Positions 58,040 to 64,000 of a stretch of DNA of 64,000 nucleotides are shown here, piece by piece. How positions within the stretch are numbered: position 1 is the stretch's first letter; each line of letters begins with the position of its first letter. Location of the stretch: assembly GCA_051277205.1 (NCBI GenBank), contig JBNMPW010000001.1, positions 1,405-65,404 of the forward strand, read 5' to 3'. The translations under genes and the position numbers were made by a program. The notes under the pieces are model-generated. The model had not been told where the DNA came from. It was given only the letters and a program-made list of their open reading frames with translations, and made no database searches. The DNA is from Oceanicoccus sp. GTDB taxonomy: Bacteria; Pseudomonadota; Gammaproteobacteria; Pseudomonadales; Dasaniaceae.

Positions 58040-58885
58040 ATGTTTTATATGAAAGCAATAACTAAAAAATTTCGACAACTGATGCTCACCAGTATAATCG
58101 TTCTATTGCCCAGCAGTTTGCTGGCGCAAGAGAAAGAACAAGCACCGGATGCAGAACCCGCAGCCGCTCCCACGGCTATCGCCAACAAACCAGCCCTCAG
58201 CATGCAAGACAAGCAAGTACCGGAGTATCAACAAGCTTGGTTAACGGTCGGTCAACAGCAACATTTAGCCTTCTATCTGGCAGAAACCAGCGGCAACACT
58301 TTCGGCGGCTTAGTATTAATACCCGACATGAACCACCACCCCGCCACCAGCGTTAGCATCAATAGCCTGCGCAATAATCTGTCCGACAACCATTGGCATA
58401 CGTTAGCGGTGAATATGGCCTATGTCGACAAAGACACCGCGATGGAGGTCATTACCGCTGCTATTAACTACCTCAACCAACAAGGCGTTTTTAATATCGC
58501 TTTACTCGGTGAGGGTTTGGGTGCCACCCAAGTCATGCACTATATGGCCGCCCGGGCCGAACCCGCCGACCAACAAGTCAGTCAAATTCGCGCCATGGTG
58601 ATGATAAACGGCAACAACCAGCTCAGCGCCGGCGACACTAAAAGCCTTGCTATGCTGGAGAAAATTAAGCTGCCAATTCTAGACGCTTATACTTCTAGCG
58701 ACTACCAACAGCAGCAGCAAGCGAAGGATCGCAAGCAAGCCGCCAAGCGCTATATGAACCGTTTTTATCAACAATTAAAATTGCCGCCGCCGGCCTTTCA
58801 AACTGTCCAAGCTGATCGCACTAGCAAGCGTATTCGCGGTTGGCTGGACAAAAATGCCGCCGGCTTTATGGTCGACGGCCGTTAA
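58040..58885 (+). CDS. Exported alpha/beta-hydrolase-like protein (DUF3530-like)
   Basis: Signal peptide, ALLGEGLGA (nucleophile-elbow-like, no Ser), LPILD, KRIRGWL. Confidence 0.65.
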   Translation: MFYMKAITKKFRQLMLTSIIVLLPSSLLAQEKEQAPDAEPAAAPTAIANKPALSMQDKQVPEYQQAWLTVGQQQHLAFYLAETSGNTFGGLVLIPDMNHHPATSVSINSLRNNLSDNHWHTLAVNMAYVDKDTAMEVITAAINYLNQQGVFNIALLGEGLGATQVMHYMAARAEPADQQVSQIRAMVMINGNNQLSAGDTKSLAMLEKIKLPILDAYTSSDYQQQQQAKDRKQAAKRYMNRFYQQLKLPPPAFQTVQADRTSKRIRGWLDKNAAGFMVDGR

Positions 58886-58897
58886 TGACCAGCACCT

Positions 58898-60615
<1,718 letters not shown>

Positions 60616-60783
60616 AAGGGCGGCCTCCTAAGGCGACGCTAAAAATGTATAGATTATATCTAGAAAACGAACTATAGCTGAACATTGGACGAGACGCGGG
60701 CATTCCGGCACAGAATGCTTTATTATCCTCCTTCTTAAATCTGGGCAAAGCTCAGTCAGTATAATAATGTAACCGACTCCCCC

Positions 60784-63381
60784 TTGATGGCTTATACCAC
60801 GGACAAAATCACATCCATGGCAGTACAGATTGCACGCAAAGCGCCTAGCTGCCGCGCCCTGGTCAGCGCTATTGCCATCAGCTGTTCACTGCCCATCACC
60901 ATGGTCATGAGTGCAACGGCGGCCGAGCTTACCGGTAATAACCAGCAATGGGTGTGCCAACCGAGTAACAGCGAATGGCAGTGCCAATCTGAGCCAAGCA
61001 ACAGCAGTCAGCCCGCCATAAAAAGCATTGGTAGTGGCGCAAAGTCAAGCACCATTGCAAGCTCAGCCCAAACAACGCCCGCAACCGCTAGCGCCCAGTG
61101 GGACTGGGTCAGCAAAGCTCAATTAAGCGACCCTAGCATCTGTAAAACCGGTTGCGACGGCGCCTATGTCGAACCCACCATTGACTGGGACGACAGCCAA
61201 GGTGACCCCGCCAACGCCGCACTCACCGCCGATGCCGATAGCAGTGAGATGATCGGACAAACCGTTAAACTCGAGGGTGATGTGGTACTCACGCAAGGCA
61301 ATCGCAGTATTCGCGCTGACAGCGTCGAGCTAGATCGCAGCAGCAATGATTTGCGGGTTAGTGGCAATGTCGAAATCCGTGAGCCCGATTTATTGATTCG
61401 CGGCGATAATGCGCAGATCAACACCGAAACTCGGTTAGGCTCAGTCGACAATAGTCAGGTGTTAAATCACAGCACGGGGTTTCGCGCCAACGCTAAATAC
61501 TTAGCCCGCGAAAGCCTCAATACACTCGATTTAGAGAGAAGCAGCGTCACCCAATGCACCCCAGACGATGAAGTGTGGCAACTTCATGCTGACAGTATCC
61601 ACCTCGATTATGACGGAGGTTGGGGCAAGGCAAAACATGCCCGCCTTGAAATATACGATGTGCCGGTCTTTTACAGCCCATCGCTGACCTTTCCGATTGA
61701 TGACCGGCGTCTAAGCGGCTTCCTCTGGCCGACTATTTCTTCCGGCAGTGACAGCGGTTTTGAACTGAGCGCCCCCTACTACTTTAATTTGGCGCCCAAC
61801 TACGACCTGACGCTCGCACCCCGTTATATTGAAAAACGCGGCACCCTGTTAGAAGCAGAGGCCCGGCAACTGGGTCAATATGGCCAATGGGTGTTTGGCG
61901 GTGCTATTCTGGGGCAAGACGACATGTACCAAGAAAACCCTGCGCCTGACGTTATCGACGACGTACCACCGCGGGAAAAACGCTGGTTAGGCACTATCAA
62001 GCAGCAGGGGCAAGTATTGGGTTTCAATACACGTATTGATTTCAACAAGGTTAGCGATAATGATTTTTTTCGCGACCTGTCCACCGATAGCCTAGAGCTA
62101 AAGCGCACCACCCACCTCAACCAGCAAGCCACCATCAGCCGAGCCAACAGTAACTGGTCAATGTCACTGACAGCGCAAGATCACCAGACCATTGATGAAC
62201 TGATCGCCCAGCAATACCAGCTGATGCCTCAGTTTGAAGTGCAATACAGCAGCAGTGCCGCAAACTTTCAGCCCGATTGGCAACTGCAAGCGCAAATTAC
62301 TGATTTTCAGCATGACCAATCGATCGACAACGGCGGCCTGTTTGAAACCGGCCAACGCAACTTTGCCGAAGCAGGCGTCAGCTACCCCATGCGCTGGGCA
62401 CCCGGTTTTATTATCCCCAGCGCCAAAGTCCGCAACGTCAGCTATGAGCTCGATGAAAGCTTAGCCGGCAACAGTGACAATCCTTCCGCCACCGTACCCT
62501 TGGCGACACTCGATATGGGCCTTATCTTTGAGCGCGACGCTAATTTCAGCGACAGTAAATACCTGCAAACACTGGAGCCTCGACTGTATTATTTTTACAG
62601 CGACTTTGAGGCACAAGACAGCAACCCTGATTTTGATAGCAAAGAACTCGATTTCAGTTATAGCCAGCTATTTCGGGATACTCGGTTCTCCGGTCACGAC
62701 CGCCTAGACGATGCTAATCAAGTGTCGCTAGGTGTTACCAGCCGCTTTATCAACAATGCAGAAGGTCGTGAAGTCCTCACCCTCAGCATCGGCCAAACCT
62801 TTTATTTGGATGACCGCAAAGTACAGCTCAATAGGCTCATCCCCGACGATGAACTGTCCAACTCCAATATCGCCAGCGAGATCCAATACCAGCCCAGCGA
62901 CAATTTATGGATCAGTAACAATCTACTGTGGGACTCTCGCCGCGACAAGTTAGAAGAAGGCGGTATTAGTTTTCACTACCAAAGCAGCGCCAATAGCCTA
63001 TACAATCTCGGCTACCGTTACCGACGTAATGGCGGAACTTCCTTTGCCGGATTGCAGTCAGATCTAGCACAGGTCGATGCGTCAGTGGTTTATCCGCTGA
63101 ATGAGCGCTGGAGCTTATTTAGCCGCTACCTGTATGATACCGAAAATCACCGCGGCCTCGAAGAAATGGCGGGGCTGCAATATGAAGACTGCTGCTGGGT
63201 GCTACGAGTGCTTTATCAGCAAGGTATTGAAGACGAATTTGTCGACAACAACAACGATATTACAGCAGACCAACACTACGCATTTATCGTAGAGTTTCAA
63301 TTAAAGGGTTTAGGCAGCCTCGGCAACAAAGCCAGAAGCCTGCTTGAAGAAAGTATTTTGGGGTATGAAGATCTTGATTAA
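60784..63381 (+). CDS. lptD: LPS-assembly protein LptD
   Basis: TQCTP, VPVFYSP, RLSGFLWP, PYYFNLAPNYD, QTLEPRLYY, YEDCCW. Exact start uncertain. Confidence 0.95.
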   Translation: MMAYTTDKITSMAVQIARKAPSCRALVSAIAISCSLPITMVMSATAAELTGNNQQWVCQPSNSEWQCQSEPSNSSQPAIKSIGSGAKSSTIASSAQTTPATASAQWDWVSKAQLSDPSICKTGCDGAYVEPTIDWDDSQGDPANAALTADADSSEMIGQTVKLEGDVVLTQGNRSIRADSVELDRSSNDLRVSGNVEIREPDLLIRGDNAQINTETRLGSVDNSQVLNHSTGFRANAKYLARESLNTLDLERSSVTQCTPDDEVWQLHADSIHLDYDGGWGKAKHARLEIYDVPVFYSPSLTFPIDDRRLSGFLWPTISSGSDSGFELSAPYYFNLAPNYDLTLAPRYIEKRGTLLEAEARQLGQYGQWVFGGAILGQDDMYQENPAPDVIDDVPPREKRWLGTIKQQGQVLGFNTRIDFNKVSDNDFFRDLSTDSLELKRTTHLNQQATISRANSNWSMSLTAQDHQTIDELIAQQYQLMPQFEVQYSSSAANFQPDWQLQAQITDFQHDQSIDNGGLFETGQRNFAEAGVSYPMRWAPGFIIPSAKVRNVSYELDESLAGNSDNPSATVPLATLDMGLIFERDANFSDSKYLQTLEPRLYYFYSDFEAQDSNPDFDSKELDFSYSQLFRDTRFSGHDRLDDANQVSLGVTSRFINNAEGREVLTLSIGQTFYLDDRKVQLNRLIPDDELSNSNIASEIQYQPSDNLWISNNLLWDSRRDKLEEGGISFHYQSSANSLYNLGYRYRRNGGTSFAGLQSDLAQVDASVVYPLNERWSLFSRYLYDTENHRGLEEMAGLQYEDCCWVLRVLYQQGIEDEFVDNNNDITADQHYAFIVEFQLKGLGSLGNKARSLLEESILGYEDLD

Positions 63382-64000
63382 GTTTACAGCGTTTAAAACC
63401 ATCATCACCTGCAGTTTATTGCTGGCTGTTGTCAGCCCTGCCCATGCCGAACAAGCACAACTCTTAGACCAAGTGATCGCTATTGTTGATGACGATGTGG
63501 TCTTGGCCAGCGAGCTAAGAGAGCGGGAGCAGCAAGTTAAAGCCACCTTTGCCAAAAATGGTAAGGAGGAGCCACCCGAAGCAGAAATGCGACAGGAGTT
63601 GCTGGACCAACTGGTACTCGAAAACCTGCAATTACAAATGGCCTACCGGGCAGGTGTACGGATTAGCGATGCACAATTAACGGAGTCGTTGACGCGCATA
63701 GCGCAACAAAACCGCATGACGCTAGATCAATTCAAACAGGCGCTCGAGCTGGATGGTATGTCCTATAACGCCACCCGCGAACAGATCCGCAAAGAAATGG
63801 TCTTACAGCGCGTACAGCAAGGTAATGTTAATCGCTCGGTACAAATCACCGATCAAGAAATCAAAAACCTGCTGTCATCTGAAGAAGGCCAGTCGCTCAC
63901 CGCTCCAGAGTTTCGTTTACTGCACACCTTGGTGAGTATTCCCAGTGGTGCTGATGAAACCACTATCGAGCAAGCTCGCCTGTTCGCTGACAGATTATTT
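63365..64000 (+). CDS. surA: Periplasmic chaperone SurA (partial)
   Basis: Hand translation: signal peptide, then LLDQVIAIVDDDVVLASEL...LDQLVLENLQLQMA; overlaps the end of lptD. Confidence 0.92.
   Translation, partial: MKILIKFTAFKTIITCSLLLAVVSPAHAEQAQLLDQVIAIVDDDVVLASELREREQQVKATFAKNGKEEPPEAEMRQELLDQLVLENLQLQMAYRAGVRISDAQLTESLTRIAQQNRMTLDQFKQALELDGMSYNATREQIRKEMVLQRVQQGNVNRSVQITDQEIKNLLSSEEGQSLTAPEFRLLHTLVSIPSGADETTIEQARLFADRLF

Overview
Chromosomal segment of a gammaproteobacterium with Pseudomonadales/Cellvibrionales-like gene order (taxon is inference). Backbone genes: tyrS (partial), M23 peptidase-anmK, erpA-bactofilin-argC, clc-hemJ-hemL-hemB, modF, mrcB, sfsA-orn-rsgA-rhodanese-psd, crp, trpGDC, gph-rpe, murU-amgK, lptD-surA (partial). 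Four accessory blocks sit in this backbone. (1) A ~12 kb minus-strand island (13.6-25.5 kb): a MocR/GabR regulator with an extra C-terminal domain, a nitrilase-family amidase, a TonB receptor, a TPR-sulfotransferase, a C45 Ntn-hydrolase, an exported SxxK hydrolase, an MFS transporter and a frameshifted GNAT. Four copies of a CTGGACTCA-N14-CTGGYWCTA direct repeat, each 20-21 nt before a -10 box, tie it together. This is the best candidate for an undescribed system; its substrate is unknown. (2) A polyamine locus: spuC-like aminotransferase, PuuR-like regulator, an eroded spuB relic and a three-repeat membrane protein. (3) A TPP-riboswitch thiamine uptake operon. (4) At the usual trpE position, an inverted trpR-trpE-trpG cassette with a palindromic operator and a probably leaderless transcript, next to a (6-4) photolyase cassette and a possible stump of the old trpE leader. 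No rRNA, tRNA, CRISPR array or transposase was recognised. All calls come from reading motifs by eye; no searches were run.
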